Assembly: GCA_029838195.1 (NCBI GenBank)
Contig: JALGVJ010000007.1
Coordinates: 64,001-128,000, forward strand
Length of the DNA: 64,000 nucleotides
Direction: 5' to 3'
Origin: Promethearchaeota archaeon
GTDB lineage: Archaea; Asgardarchaeota; Lokiarchaeia; Sigyniarchaeales; SOKP01
The position numbers were made by a program, and so were the translations under genes. Every line of letters begins with the position of its first letter. The first letter of the stretch is position 1. Below the pieces are notes generated by a model, which was not told the origin of the DNA, did no database searches, and saw nothing but the letters and a program-made list of their open reading frames with translations. This document shows positions 32,752 through 43,489 of this stretch, piece by piece.

Positions 32752-32951
32752 CTCAATTAATAAGAGAGGAAAAAGAAAGAAAAGAATTTTTAAACAAATT
32801 CTTTTTAATAACATTAAATTAAAAAAAATCGGTATTTCCTGCTCTTGAATCAGAATTGGATATAAAAATTCAATAAAGAGCAAGGCATTTTATAGTATAA
32901 AGCAACTCTAATATTAAAAAATTAAAAAACATGACACTATTTTAAATTCCG

Positions 32952-35147
32952 ATGCCCACCCTCATTGTTGCTGAAAAAAATAAAGCAGCGTTAGCAATTG
33001 CGGAAGCTCTTGGTACAATTGAAACCATTAAAAAATCACGAACTCTAAAAATATATCATGTTAAATCAAGGGATTTATATGTAATCCCTTTACGAGGGCA
33101 CCTTTTGGAATATAAAAACGTGGGAAAATATAAGAGTTGGAATAAAACTCCGCCAAGAGATATTATTACAGACCCGAATTCTATAAAAAAAGTCCCAAAA
33201 AAAACCGCTTATCCTTATATAAAAGCATTGGAAGAGCATGCAAAGATTTGCGACCATTGTATTATCGGAACAGATGCTGATATAGAAGGTGTTAATATTG
33301 GCTTGTTTGATGCCTTTCCTTATATTCAAAAATCAAATCCTTCCATTCATGTCTCTCAGCTTTGGCTAAGTTCATTACAAAAACATGAGATCTTAAAAAA
33401 AATTCAAAATTTAATTCCTCCTAAATGGAATTGGGGTGAAATGGGAGAAGCCAGAGCCATCATTGATGCTATTATTGGATTTTCAGCAACAAGACAAATT
33501 ACTGCCATGTTAAAACCCTTATTACATCAATATAATGTTTTTTTCATAAGTATCGGTAGAGTTCAAACATCGTTATTATTTTTAATATATTTAAGAGAGC
33601 AACAGATTAATGCTTTTACTCCGGAACCCTATTTTACGATAGATGCCATTTTAAATATTGATTCTCATCGGGTAAAAGTTCATCATAAATCCAATCCTTT
33701 TAAATCACCTCAAAAGCAATTAGCTGAAACTATTTATCAAACTATTAAAGATGCTACTAATGCTAAATTTTTAAATAAAAAAGAGGAGCAAAAAGTCATT
33801 AAACCTCCGACTCCTCTAAACACTTCTAAAGCCCTCATATTACTTACCCAACAACTCAAAATACGAGCAGATTTGGCCTTGAAAACCCTAAATTCACTAT
33901 ACTTGAAAAAGATAATCACGTATCCCAGAACGGATAGCGATGTATATAAAGCGGATTTTGATCACGTGCAATATCTCAAGAATTTTATGCCCCATTCCAC
34001 TTATGGAACCTTTGCTTCTAATTTAATAAAAAAGAATCGATTCATGCCTACTAAGGGCAAAATTGATGCCGGAGATCATCCCCCCATTACCCCTTTACTC
34101 TCGTTAGAAAATACAAGCAAGCATTTCCAAAACGATTTAGAGCGAAAAATTTATGATTTAATTGCTCGCTATTATTTAGCTCTTTTTGGAGAAGATGCGA
34201 TTGAATTGAACGAAACTTTGAAGGTTTTAATTAAAGAGGAACCTTTTGAAGGAAGGATTAACGTGCTCTTACGTGAAGGATTTTTAGAAATCGCTCCCTT
34301 TTTAAAGAAAAAATTTGACCCTCCCATCCCAATTCATGATTCTCTCTTGCCCATTCACGAGATTTCTTTAAATGAGCGTTCTACACGCCCTCCACCACGA
34401 TATTCCGATGCTTCTCTTTTAAAACTCATGGAACAAAATAATTTAGGAACTAAAGCGACACGCCCCCTCATGATTGAAATTCTATTGAAACGCAAGCTCA
34501 TTTACCGTGAAAAAAAAAGATATTTCATAACAGAATTAGGTCTATTTTTAATAAGTAATTTAGAACAAGTCTGGAAACCATTTCTTGAACCGACCTTCAC
34601 CAGTTATATTGAAGCGCAGCTGGAAAAAATCAAAAATGGAACCATGACAATGCAAGAATGTATAAAGGTCATGAAAAAAACCTTCTTAGATTTATTTGAT
34701 GCACTTCTTAATAATCAAGATAAATTATTCTCCAATAGAGCATCTCTAAAAAATTATCAAATTTCCTCTCAAAAACAATCTCTACCCCCTAAAAACCAAA
34801 AACACCTCAATATCACGTGTCCCTATTGTAAAAAAAATGGCATGACATTAATTCTCACGAAGAAAAAGAAAAGATTCCTTCGATGCCTAAATGATGAGTG
34901 TAAAAAAACTATCGTGGTGCCCCAACACGGTAAACTCACTTTTTTAAAAACATCATGTAAACACTGCGGGTTTGTTGTAATTAAAGTAAGTAGAAGGAAG
35001 AAAAATCATCATTACTCATATTATCTCTGTCCATTCTGCTGGAATGAAGGTTTAAAAGAAACGGGAAAAAATACAAAAAAGGGATTCTGTTCTAATTGCA
35101 AAGAATTTAAGATCTCAAAAGATCACTGCGTGGAGCAAGAAAAATAA
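32952..35147 (+). CDS. topA: Type IA DNA topoisomerase (archaeal TopA/Topo III) with C-terminal Zn ribbons
   Basis: LIVAEK, GTDADIEG (TOPRIM), SIGRVQ, ITYPRTDS catalytic Tyr, LGTKATR, multiple C-terminal CxxC. Confidence 0.95.
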   Translation: MPTLIVAEKNKAALAIAEALGTIETIKKSRTLKIYHVKSRDLYVIPLRGHLLEYKNVGKYKSWNKTPPRDIITDPNSIKKVPKKTAYPYIKALEEHAKICDHCIIGTDADIEGVNIGLFDAFPYIQKSNPSIHVSQLWLSSLQKHEILKKIQNLIPPKWNWGEMGEARAIIDAIIGFSATRQITAMLKPLLHQYNVFFISIGRVQTSLLFLIYLREQQINAFTPEPYFTIDAILNIDSHRVKVHHKSNPFKSPQKQLAETIYQTIKDATNAKFLNKKEEQKVIKPPTPLNTSKALILLTQQLKIRADLALKTLNSLYLKKIITYPRTDSDVYKADFDHVQYLKNFMPHSTYGTFASNLIKKNRFMPTKGKIDAGDHPPITPLLSLENTSKHFQNDLERKIYDLIARYYLALFGEDAIELNETLKVLIKEEPFEGRINVLLREGFLEIAPFLKKKFDPPIPIHDSLLPIHEISLNERSTRPPPRYSDASLLKLMEQNNLGTKATRPLMIEILLKRKLIYREKKRYFITELGLFLISNLEQVWKPFLEPTFTSYIEAQLEKIKNGTMTMQECIKVMKKTFLDLFDALLNNQDKLFSNRASLKNYQISSQKQSLPPKNQKHLNITCPYCKKNGMTLILTKKKKRFLRCLNDECKKTIVVPQHGKLTFLKTSCKHCGFVVIKVSRRKKNHHYSYYLCPFCWNEGLKETGKNTKKGFCSNCKEFKISKDHCVEQEK

Positions 35148-35159
35148 AAATATCACGTG

Positions 35160-35415
35160 TTATTTTAATCGAAAGCGATATTTATTATTGGTTGCTCTCG
35201 ATAATCCAATATGATTGTCCGATATCTTATAATGCATTTCGCCTCCAATTATTTTTTTTTTCCCACGTAAGCATTAGTTATATTATGATTTAACGAGTGT
35301 AACATTGTCCCTAACGTAATAGGGTCTAAATAGTTTCTCTCTCCTTTTCTTTTAGCAATTCTCACTAATTCTGTTTCTGAATACCACGCCCCGTCCAATA
35401 ATGCAAAATTTAAAT
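35160..35415 (-). pseudogene. Truncated, frameshifted duplicate of the 3' part of the 46615..46968 gene
   Basis: Manual alignment with 46615..46868 gives about 28 substitutions plus a 2-bp insertion (T10CCC vs T9CC), ~89% identity; the 5' third of the gene is missing. Confidence 0.92.
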
Positions 35416-35776
35416 TGATATGCAAGTCGATGGAGGAAATCACGTGAAATTCTTGAAATAAATTGGTACTATCAGATTTTTAAAATCTGTTAATAAAGGA
35501 AAATCGAACCGGCGAATATATTCTCCTTAGAATAACTCAATAACCAAATAACATGTTCATTTTTTCGAATAATCAAACTTCTATTTATTATCAAATAGCT
35601 CTAGCTCAATAAATATATCGAAGCATTTTCAGCCTAGCTGTTAATATATAATACTAGAAAGAAGTTATAATATCAAATTAAAAAAATTTTATCTCAATCT
35701 TATTTAATTTTTCAATATTCATTTAATAAATTTAAATTATTAATTGTTAAAAAATCAAGAAAAACGAGGATAATTA

Positions 35777-37396
35777 ATGCATTTTGATATTTTAATTAAA
35801 AATGCCAAAGTAATCGATGGTTCGGAAAATCCTTGGATGCCACGCGAGATTGGAATAAAAGAAGGAAAAATCATTAAAATTTTACCTAAATTGAAATCAG
35901 AAACCGCTGACAAAGTAATTAACGCTGGTGGCCTCATCACGTGTCCGGGTTTCATTAACATGCATTCGCACTCAGACATGCTCCTTCCTTTCTATAATAG
36001 AATGGATACTGCTATTCGGCAAGGAATCACCACGGAAGTAGTAGGAATGTGTGGCGAATCTCTTGCACCCATTCCTTCGGAAAAAGTTGACGTGTTCAAA
36101 AAATTATTTGCTCCTCCCATGGGAGGTGAACTTAAAATCACGTGGGATACTTTTAAAAGTTATTTAAATGAAGTGAGTAAAATGCACGTGCCTTGTAATC
36201 TCGCATTTTGCGTGGGATTTAGCACTATTCGAGTAGCAGGTGGTCCAGGATTTGAAAATCGATCTCCTACTGAAAAAGAAATGCAAACCATGAAATCGCT
36301 TGTAGCAGAAGCCATGGAAGCAGGCGCATTTGGCATGAGCACGGGCTTAATATATTCCCCTCAAGTATTTGCTAAAACGGAAGAAATAATTGAATTGGCT
36401 AAAGTTGTAGCGCAATATAATGGATTATATTTTTCCCATATTCGAGGTGAAGGAAATACGTTAATTGAAGCGGTAAAAGAATTTATTGAAATAGTGGAGA
36501 AATCAGGAGTTGCTGGAGGTCAAATTGCTCATCATAAAGTTGCGGATAAGCGCCTTTGGGGGATGAGTAAAGAAACGCTCCGATTGATTGAAGAAGCGAA
36601 TGAGCGAGGCTTGAGCATCACCTATGACCAATATCCATATAATAGAGGCCAATCAGGACTCGTATCGACCTTGCCTCCTTGGACTCGAGAAGGAGGTCCC
36701 GATAAAATATTAGAACGATTAAAAGATCCCGAAATAAGAGAAAAAATAAAAACGGATATCTTCGCTGATCAAAATAAATGGGAAAGTTGGATTAAAGCAG
36801 TAGGATTTGAACACGTGTACATTTCATTTCTAAAAAATAAAAATTGGAAAGATGTTGAGGGAAAAAATATCTCAGAAATAACAAAAATAAAAGGAAAAAT
36901 TGACGAGTGGGAAACTTATTTCAAGCTATTAATCGATGAGAAAACAGACATTCCCATTACGATTGAATCCATACACGAAGAAGACATTCGCAGGATCATG
37001 AAAGGAAGGTATCATATGGTTGGAACGGACGCTAACGCATTTAAACATTTACCAGGATTTAAAATCTTTCATCCTCGCACATATGGTACATACCCCAAAA
37101 TTCTAGGAAAATATGTTAGAGATGAGGGTTTATTAACAATGGAAGAAGCGATAAGAAAAATGACTTCCTTTCCTGCCCAGCGTTTAGGATTGAGAGACAG
37201 GGGATTGATTAGGGAAGGATATTGGGCAGATATCGTTATTTTTGATCCAATGACCGTGCGAGATAATGCTACATTCGAGGATCCTCATCAATTTCCTTCA
37301 GGTATAATCGATGTTATTGTGAATGGGGTTCTTGTCGTTGAAAATGAGAAACAAAAACGAAAATATCCTGGTAAAATTTTAAAAAGAACTCTCTAA
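35777..37396 (+). CDS. N-acyl-D-amino-acid deacylase (D-aminoacylase), amidohydrolase superfamily
   Basis: PGFINMHSHSD, GMCG, GMSTGLIYSP, SHIRGE, DQYPY, HPRTYGT, ADIVIFDP. Confidence 0.92.
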   Translation: MHFDILIKNAKVIDGSENPWMPREIGIKEGKIIKILPKLKSETADKVINAGGLITCPGFINMHSHSDMLLPFYNRMDTAIRQGITTEVVGMCGESLAPIPSEKVDVFKKLFAPPMGGELKITWDTFKSYLNEVSKMHVPCNLAFCVGFSTIRVAGGPGFENRSPTEKEMQTMKSLVAEAMEAGAFGMSTGLIYSPQVFAKTEEIIELAKVVAQYNGLYFSHIRGEGNTLIEAVKEFIEIVEKSGVAGGQIAHHKVADKRLWGMSKETLRLIEEANERGLSITYDQYPYNRGQSGLVSTLPPWTREGGPDKILERLKDPEIREKIKTDIFADQNKWESWIKAVGFEHVYISFLKNKNWKDVEGKNISEITKIKGKIDEWETYFKLLIDEKTDIPITIESIHEEDIRRIMKGRYHMVGTDANAFKHLPGFKIFHPRTYGTYPKILGKYVRDEGLLTMEEAIRKMTSFPAQRLGLRDRGLIREGYWADIVIFDPMTVRDNATFEDPHQFPSGIIDVIVNGVLVVENEKQKRKYPGKILKRTL

Positions 37397-37645
37397 TATC
37401 CCTATTTATTATAAATTTTATTAAATACATGCCCATCATTTTATTAATTTAATTTTTTACCCATGTTATAGTAAAGAAACCATACCAACCAACAATCTTA
37501 TCTTTATTAATTAATCTCGCTTAATCTTATTTGAGAAATTAAAAAATCCCAGAAAAATTGAAGTATCAAAAACAACGGAACAATAACTAATCAGAATTTT
37601 TTCACCAGTTCGATAACATCATGATTTCTTAGATTTCAAGATTAA

Positions 37646-39052
37646 TTAAGAAAATTTTTCCATTAATGTTAAATGCTCTGGAAGGCTTATTCTCCAATAA
37701 TATCCATTTTGAGCCGGGATGTCTCCTGCAGCGACCCAGGCTTCCTCTATTTCTGGTATAAAAACACAAGACCAAAGACTCCATGCTTTATTACTAATAA
37801 TTGGTCTTTCCGTTCCAAATAAATGTTTACACGTGGGGGCTAATTGAATTCTACCAGGCATTCTTTCAATTGTAAAAACTTTATCGCTCTGAATTTCAAT
37901 GGCTTTCGCCACATCAATTTTACCAAAATTTTTTTTTAATAATTCTCGATATCTTTCATATCTAGGACATTTCACATTTTTTCGCCATTTTTCTAAAGTA
38001 TTGAAATCCTCTAAAGAAATGGGAGGATTTAAAAAATCTGGTAAATCTTTCTCATTCATTTGGGCCCAATAAGTTGCTTGGCCGGGGATCATATTTATCC
38101 CATCGTATCCTTGAAATCCGGGATAACAAGTGAAAATATTAGTCACCCATATAACATCAGGAAATTCGGGATCTTCATATCTAAGAGCAATATCTTTTCC
38201 AGCGAGTTCTATATCAACTGCATGTGGGTTAGAGCCTTTTCCTTCTGCAATTAAATTTGCCCATCCGGTTGTTCCACCAGTTTTTTGAAGGATTGAATAA
38301 GCTTCTTTTATAGTGGATGCTTCTTGAGCAACCTTTCTTCCGTGCATTAAATGAGGAATTTGAGGCCATTCTACATTAACTGAATTACAAGTCATTTCTC
38401 CATAACTTAATCCTTTATCGTTAATCCAAGAATTAGGAGATATATTACCCGCACAATGAACTCCTAAAAAAACGTTCCCCTCTTTTGGTCTTGCAATCAT
38501 AATACCCACGTAATTTTGCATCACATCAAACGTTTCAAAGTCCAAGTTTACACCATGTATTACCATTCCATTAACCGCCGCAGTATTCCATGCTGCAAAA
38601 TTACTACAATGTTGAAGGATCCAAGCATCTTCAGGCATGCAATTTCCAATGATAATATCTTCCCATTGAAGGGGGCTATTTGCTTCTTTTAACCCTTCAT
38701 AGAGTCCTTTAAGTTCTTCCCAAAAATTAGGTGCTTGTTTCATAATGGCAGGAACACATCGTTTATTAGCTAAGGCTAGGATGATTTCTTTTCCATGTTC
38801 CATTTGTTCTAAAGAAGGAACTTCCCCCGATGTTGGATCCCAACCACCAAATATGGCCGCTATTGGAGAGAAATATTCTGAAAAAAAATGCATTATTTTA
38901 TCCGCATAGAGATATCCATGAGCTTTTCCCATCTCATGAGGTGTACCTTGAAGATATAAGATTGGGGGTCTGAATTTATCTTTAGGAAATTCAAGTAAAG
39001 TACATTTTTGATATGTAATAATGTTTGCATCCTCAATTCCCTTATTTACCAT
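37646..39052 (-). CDS. C45 family Ntn-hydrolase (acyl-CoA:6-APA acyltransferase-like)
   Basis: GTPHEMGKAHG N-terminus, HCSNFAAW autocleavage Cys, HGVNLDF, INDKGL. Confidence 0.8.
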   Translation of the reverse strand: MVNKGIEDANIITYQKCTLLEFPKDKFRPPILYLQGTPHEMGKAHGYLYADKIMHFFSEYFSPIAAIFGGWDPTSGEVPSLEQMEHGKEIILALANKRCVPAIMKQAPNFWEELKGLYEGLKEANSPLQWEDIIIGNCMPEDAWILQHCSNFAAWNTAAVNGMVIHGVNLDFETFDVMQNYVGIMIARPKEGNVFLGVHCAGNISPNSWINDKGLSYGEMTCNSVNVEWPQIPHLMHGRKVAQEASTIKEAYSILQKTGGTTGWANLIAEGKGSNPHAVDIELAGKDIALRYEDPEFPDVIWVTNIFTCYPGFQGYDGINMIPGQATYWAQMNEKDLPDFLNPPISLEDFNTLEKWRKNVKCPRYERYRELLKKNFGKIDVAKAIEIQSDKVFTIERMPGRIQLAPTCKHLFGTERPIISNKAWSLWSCVFIPEIEEAWVAAGDIPAQNGYYWRISLPEHLTLMEKFS

Positions 39053-39134
39053 TTTATCGCTTATTCTAATTGATATTCACCTAAAAAATCATAATAATGA
39101 ATTCATAAAAATGAATAAATAATTTTTATTAAAC

Positions 39135-39836
39135 CTAGGAGCGTTTTGAAGATTCTAGTTGATTTTTGATTTGTTTTAAAATGAAAGCTTTATATTTTTC
39201 TTTAATCAAGCACCTATATTCTTCTATTGCTAATTTATTATGAGGTATAATGGGTTCCAAGATGGGATCGCTATGGTCAAATTCTCTGAGGACTTTTACA
39301 GCCCCATAAACTAAATTATAAAAATAATAAGATAATAATTCAGTATCTTTAATATCTAATTCTTTAACGTCCACGGCTTCATCAATTAAATCTTGAATGA
39401 GATGCAAGATATTATATGATTGATAGCTTTTTTCAAACGGTCCTTTTTCCTTGGAAAGAGGAGGTGGAATAATGCTCATCATTTTATGACGAGAATAATC
39501 TTCAAAAGCAAAATTTAGATAAAATTCTGCAATTTTCAGAAATAAATCAACATAAGAAATTTTTCCCCGATTTTTATTTATTAATTTTTTTAAACGATCA
39601 AGAAATTCTTCATAATATTTACTCCGAATAGCAATATATAATTCTCTTTTACTTTTCACATAATTATAGAGATTACCTTCTGACATGCCTAAGAACCTTG
39701 CTAGAGCTCGCATGCCAAATCCTTCCCATCCTTTTTCCTTGTACAATTTACTCCCAGCATTAATGATCTCTTGGAGTTTTTTTAATTTCTCTTCCTTGCT
39801 CCTGCTCCTTTTTTTCTTCTGCTGAGTGTTTATCAT
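39135..39836 (-). CDS. TetR/AcrR family transcription regulator
   Basis: GFGMRALARFLGMSEGNLYNYVKSKREL helix-turn-helix. Confidence 0.93.
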   Translation of the reverse strand: MINTQQKKKRSRSKEEKLKKLQEIINAGSKLYKEKGWEGFGMRALARFLGMSEGNLYNYVKSKRELYIAIRSKYYEEFLDRLKKLINKNRGKISYVDLFLKIAEFYLNFAFEDYSRHKMMSIIPPPLSKEKGPFEKSYQSYNILHLIQDLIDEAVDVKELDIKDTELLSYYFYNLVYGAVKVLREFDHSDPILEPIIPHNKLAIEEYRCLIKEKYKAFILKQIKNQLESSKRS

Positions 39837-39878
39837 AATTGATTTTACTTTTCCTTACAAATTTTTTAATATATTTTT

Positions 39879-39893
39879 ATGAACATTGTTTAT
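39879..39893. promoter_or_regulatory. Candidate TetR operator ATGAACAtTGTTtAT
   Basis: One-mismatch palindrome ~45 bp upstream of the tetR start; matches the site at 43388. Confidence 0.55.
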
Positions 39894-40091
39894 TGAAAGA
39901 ATTTTGTTTATAAATAAATATGTAATTAATACTAAATTCTTGTTAAATATAAATTTGGTTTTTAATTAACATTGAACTGCAAAATAAATTTCTAATTATT
40001 TCATGATAATAAATTATCCCACATAATAATCATGGGATTATACTCAAGATTGTTATGTAAATAAAAGATAATATGGCATTCATAAAGTTAA

Positions 40092-40991
40092 TTATAACTC
40101 ATTTTTTAATAACACAAATCCATTTTTAATCACTTTTTTCTTATCTTCATTACTTACCTCAAAAAATAATTCTGAAGTTCTTTCTTTCGTGTTTTTACCT
40201 AATAGATTAATTTGAATATTCGTAGCAGGGAATACAAATCCAGTAAATTTACATGCGATTTCTTGTATTTTATGAGGATTTTTATTAGCTTCTCGATTTA
40301 TGATTTCCTTTACGGCGAACGCTAAAGTGGCAGTTCCTTGTAGAATTATATCCCGTAATCCTACAAAATGGGCAAATTTTTTCGAGGTATGAATGGGAAA
40401 GAAAATATTTGTACATCCATCATAAATAAAAGATCTCAGTTTATCTACATGAATAGTCGTATCCCAAATAGGATTGCCACTCGGCTTATATGGGGGAATA
40501 ATTGGCAAGTTTTCCATGCCTTTAGGTTCTCCCTTACATTCAATCCCTCGTAATAATCCTCCCATGAATTCGGTGAATACAAGTTCTTCTTGTTTATCTC
40601 GCGCTTCGAATTGTTGGATAACTAAGGTTCCTGCTCGATGAGGTAATAGGGCAACGATTTTGCCTTTAATTTTTAATTGATCTCCTGATTGAATTAACCG
40701 ATGAATTATGAGATGTTCATAATAATGAACTACCCTCTTAAAAACCTTTATGGGAAATTTCTTTGATATAATAAATTCAGAAAGATTTTCTATAATTGGC
40801 CAAGTGACTGCAACTGCGAACATTGGATGGGCTACAATACCATCTTCTCTTTCATCATTAAAATAATAGGGATTATCGTCATTAATAGCGGCCGCATAAT
40901 TCATTATGCTTCTCCAATCAATTTGAGTCGTGTATTCCTTATATGGTGTATTAACTAATTCAGTATCAATTTTCACGCTAAATTTCCTCAA
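40092..40991 (-). CDS. MaoC/double hot-dog (R)-enoyl-CoA hydratase-like protein
   Basis: YAAAINDDNP...HPMF, IFFPIH...ILQGTATL, KFTGFVFP. Confidence 0.82.
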   Translation of the reverse strand: MRKFSVKIDTELVNTPYKEYTTQIDWRSIMNYAAAINDDNPYYFNDEREDGIVAHPMFAVAVTWPIIENLSEFIISKKFPIKVFKRVVHYYEHLIIHRLIQSGDQLKIKGKIVALLPHRAGTLVIQQFEARDKQEELVFTEFMGGLLRGIECKGEPKGMENLPIIPPYKPSGNPIWDTTIHVDKLRSFIYDGCTNIFFPIHTSKKFAHFVGLRDIILQGTATLAFAVKEIINREANKNPHKIQEIACKFTGFVFPATNIQINLLGKNTKERTSELFFEVSNEDKKKVIKNGFVLLKNEL

Positions 40992-41001
40992 TTTATCCTG
41001 T

Positions 41002-42102
41002 TTATTTTTTGAGAATAACTCGAGACCAGCGAGTTAAGATATTTGCCCAGAGAGGATTTCCAGCACTACTATTAATCAAAATAACGATTCCTTCCTTCAA
41101 TTGAGGGACGATGACTAACATGCTACGCCATCCAATATGACCTCCACTATGTTGGACAATTTTCACCCCATCAATTTCAGTAATAAAATGACCTAATCCA
41201 TATTTCCATTGATATCCAAAATCATCTCCGGCATCAATAATTCCCGTGTACATTAATTCAATTGATTCAGGGTTTAGAACATTTCTTCCGGGTAATTCTC
41301 CATTAGGGCCCTCCATACCAGCTATTCCAAATTTTGCAAGATCTTCTACTGTGGAATTAAGGCCTCCTGCTGCCTTCGCTTCAAATTTATAATGAGGAAG
41401 GGGGTTCAATTCCTCATCATATGGAGTTGCAAATAAAGATAGGTCTCGATATTCAAAACTGGAAGATTCCATTCCTAATGGCTTTAAAATTTCAATTTCC
41501 ATGAATTTACTGAAACTTGTTCCTGTTACTTCTTCAATAATAAGTTGTAAAATCGAATATCCTCCTCCCGAATACAAGAATTCCTTTCCTGGTTTTAGAA
41601 TAACTCTAACTGGCTTTTCTTCTTTATGGGGATCAAGCTTCCAAGTTTCACTATATTTAAGCTGATACTCATCCTTAGGTCCTGGAGTTTTACCGTTTAG
41701 AGATTCTTCAATTGAAAGTAATTCGTATTTTGGTTGATGTCCTTGATATCCAGAGAGAGATAACCCTGCGCTATGACTTAATACTCTCTTGATGGTAACC
41801 TTATCATGATTAAATTCAGAGGGAGGTAAATGCCAGCGAGTTAAATATTTTTCTATAGGAGCTTCTAAATCAATTTTTTTTTTCTCTACTAATTTTATGA
41901 TTCCCCATGCTGAAACTGCCTTTGATATTGAAGCAACTTGAAACCAAGTTTTTTCGGTTATTGGTATCTTTTCTTCAATGTTAGCAAATCCATAGGTTTT
42001 GATTGATGCAATTTTTGAGTTGGAAATGAATGCTATCGCAACTCCAGGAATTTTATATCTCTCCAATAGTTTTGAAACTATTTTATCTAGTCTTTTAATC
42101 AT
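41002..42102 (-). CDS. Serine hydrolase, beta-lactamase class C / D-peptidase family
   Basis: FQVASISK (SxxK), LSHSAGL, YSGGGY, HSGG; no signal peptide. Confidence 0.92.
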   Translation of the reverse strand: MIKRLDKIVSKLLERYKIPGVAIAFISNSKIASIKTYGFANIEEKIPITEKTWFQVASISKAVSAWGIIKLVEKKKIDLEAPIEKYLTRWHLPPSEFNHDKVTIKRVLSHSAGLSLSGYQGHQPKYELLSIEESLNGKTPGPKDEYQLKYSETWKLDPHKEEKPVRVILKPGKEFLYSGGGYSILQLIIEEVTGTSFSKFMEIEILKPLGMESSSFEYRDLSLFATPYDEELNPLPHYKFEAKAAGGLNSTVEDLAKFGIAGMEGPNGELPGRNVLNPESIELMYTGIIDAGDDFGYQWKYGLGHFITEIDGVKIVQHSGGHIGWRSMLVIVPQLKEGIVILINSSAGNPLWANILTRWSRVILKK

Positions 42103-42161
42103 GATTCTTCTTATATGTTATCTAATTGATTTTTTTTAAATATAATTTGAAATTCTTGAAG

Positions 42162-43265
42162 TCAAGGAATGAGAAAATTTCCTTTCTCATAAATTAACTT
42201 TCCATCCGCAAAGATTTGCCCATTTTCTTTCATATCACATAATAAATCTTTATGAATAGCACTTTTGTTTTGACTTCCCGTTTCCGGATAGCCATTCCCT
42301 ATAGCTATATGAATCGTACCTCCTATCTTCTCATCAAATAAGATATTTCCTATAAATGTATCAAGCCCCCAATTAGTCCCTATAGCTACTTCCCCCAATT
42401 TTCGGGCTCCCGGCACATGTAATAAAGCATCCAATGCCTCTTGACCATTGCTTGCTCTTGCCTCAATTATTTCTCCATTCTTAAACTCGAATTCAATATC
42501 TTCTATTACATGTGATTTGTCAATTGTAGGATAAGAAAATTTTATATGACCATTAACCGAATCTTCTACTGGACCTGTAAAAATTTCTCCATCTGGTAAA
42601 TTTCCCCTCCCATCACTATTAATCCATTTTCTTCCTTTCACGGACATTGAAATATCAGTATCCTTGTTAATAATCCGTATATTATCAACAGAATTTAAAT
42701 GTTCACAGTAAATTTCTTGTTTATCATGTAGTTGTTTCCAAGAAGCAATTGGATCTTCTCTATCTAAAAAACATCCTTTCACGATGATCTTAGCCAATTC
42801 TTCTTGACTTAGATTCGCTTCTTGAGCCATAGCGTTCGTAGGATAAGGTATCATGGTCCATTTTAATTGATCTTTCGCTTGCCGTTCATAAAAAATGTTC
42901 ATGATCTCCGCACTTGCCATTTTTTTCTGCTGGATTTTATGAGAAGGAATAGTTGATAATTCCCTCGTATTCATTTTTCCTTCAATGAGAATGAGAGCAT
43001 CTATTTTTTGCATCAGATTTAATTCGAAAGGATCTAAGAAATTTAATTGCTCTTGGTTTGCTTCTAGATAAAAAATATATTCCATTTCCGGAAATTCTAT
43101 ATAAGGGCGAATGGGATGAGCACCTACCTTCAGAATTTCTCTATATAATTCTTTAATAAGTGGGATTGCTTCTGATGCACCAATAATTAATACCTTATCT
43201 CTGCGTTCTATACTTGCACTATATGTGATTACAAACTTCGCATATTGATTAAAATCTAATATCAT
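42162..43265 (-). CDS. M29 aminopeptidase (AmpS/PepS/AmpT)
   Basis: NLPDGEIFTGP, LGEVAIG, LFDEKIGGTIHIAIG, SAIHKD. Confidence 0.93.
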   Translation of the reverse strand: MILDFNQYAKFVITYSASIERRDKVLIIGASEAIPLIKELYREILKVGAHPIRPYIEFPEMEYIFYLEANQEQLNFLDPFELNLMQKIDALILIEGKMNTRELSTIPSHKIQQKKMASAEIMNIFYERQAKDQLKWTMIPYPTNAMAQEANLSQEELAKIIVKGCFLDREDPIASWKQLHDKQEIYCEHLNSVDNIRIINKDTDISMSVKGRKWINSDGRGNLPDGEIFTGPVEDSVNGHIKFSYPTIDKSHVIEDIEFEFKNGEIIEARASNGQEALDALLHVPGARKLGEVAIGTNWGLDTFIGNILFDEKIGGTIHIAIGNGYPETGSQNKSAIHKDLLCDMKENGQIFADGKLIYEKGNFLIP

Positions 43266-43387
43266 GAGAGCTCGTGCCTTAATAAAAATTTAAACTATTA
43301 AATGAACATTGATCTTGTTTTGGAAATATTTAATTTAATAATTATTCCTATTATTATTTATAATTTTTTATTTTTTCATATTGATCG

Positions 43388-43400
43388 TGAACAGTGTTCA
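43388..43400. promoter_or_regulatory. Candidate TetR operator TGAACAgTGTTCA
   Basis: Perfect 6-1-6 palindrome between the divergent aminopeptidase and MFS genes. Confidence 0.6.
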
Positions 43401-43489
43401 TTAAAAAGAGAAAATTTAAATAAGAATTAAACTAACCATTAATTTAAGAATAAAATTTAATAGAAAATACAACATCGATCGTGAACTAA

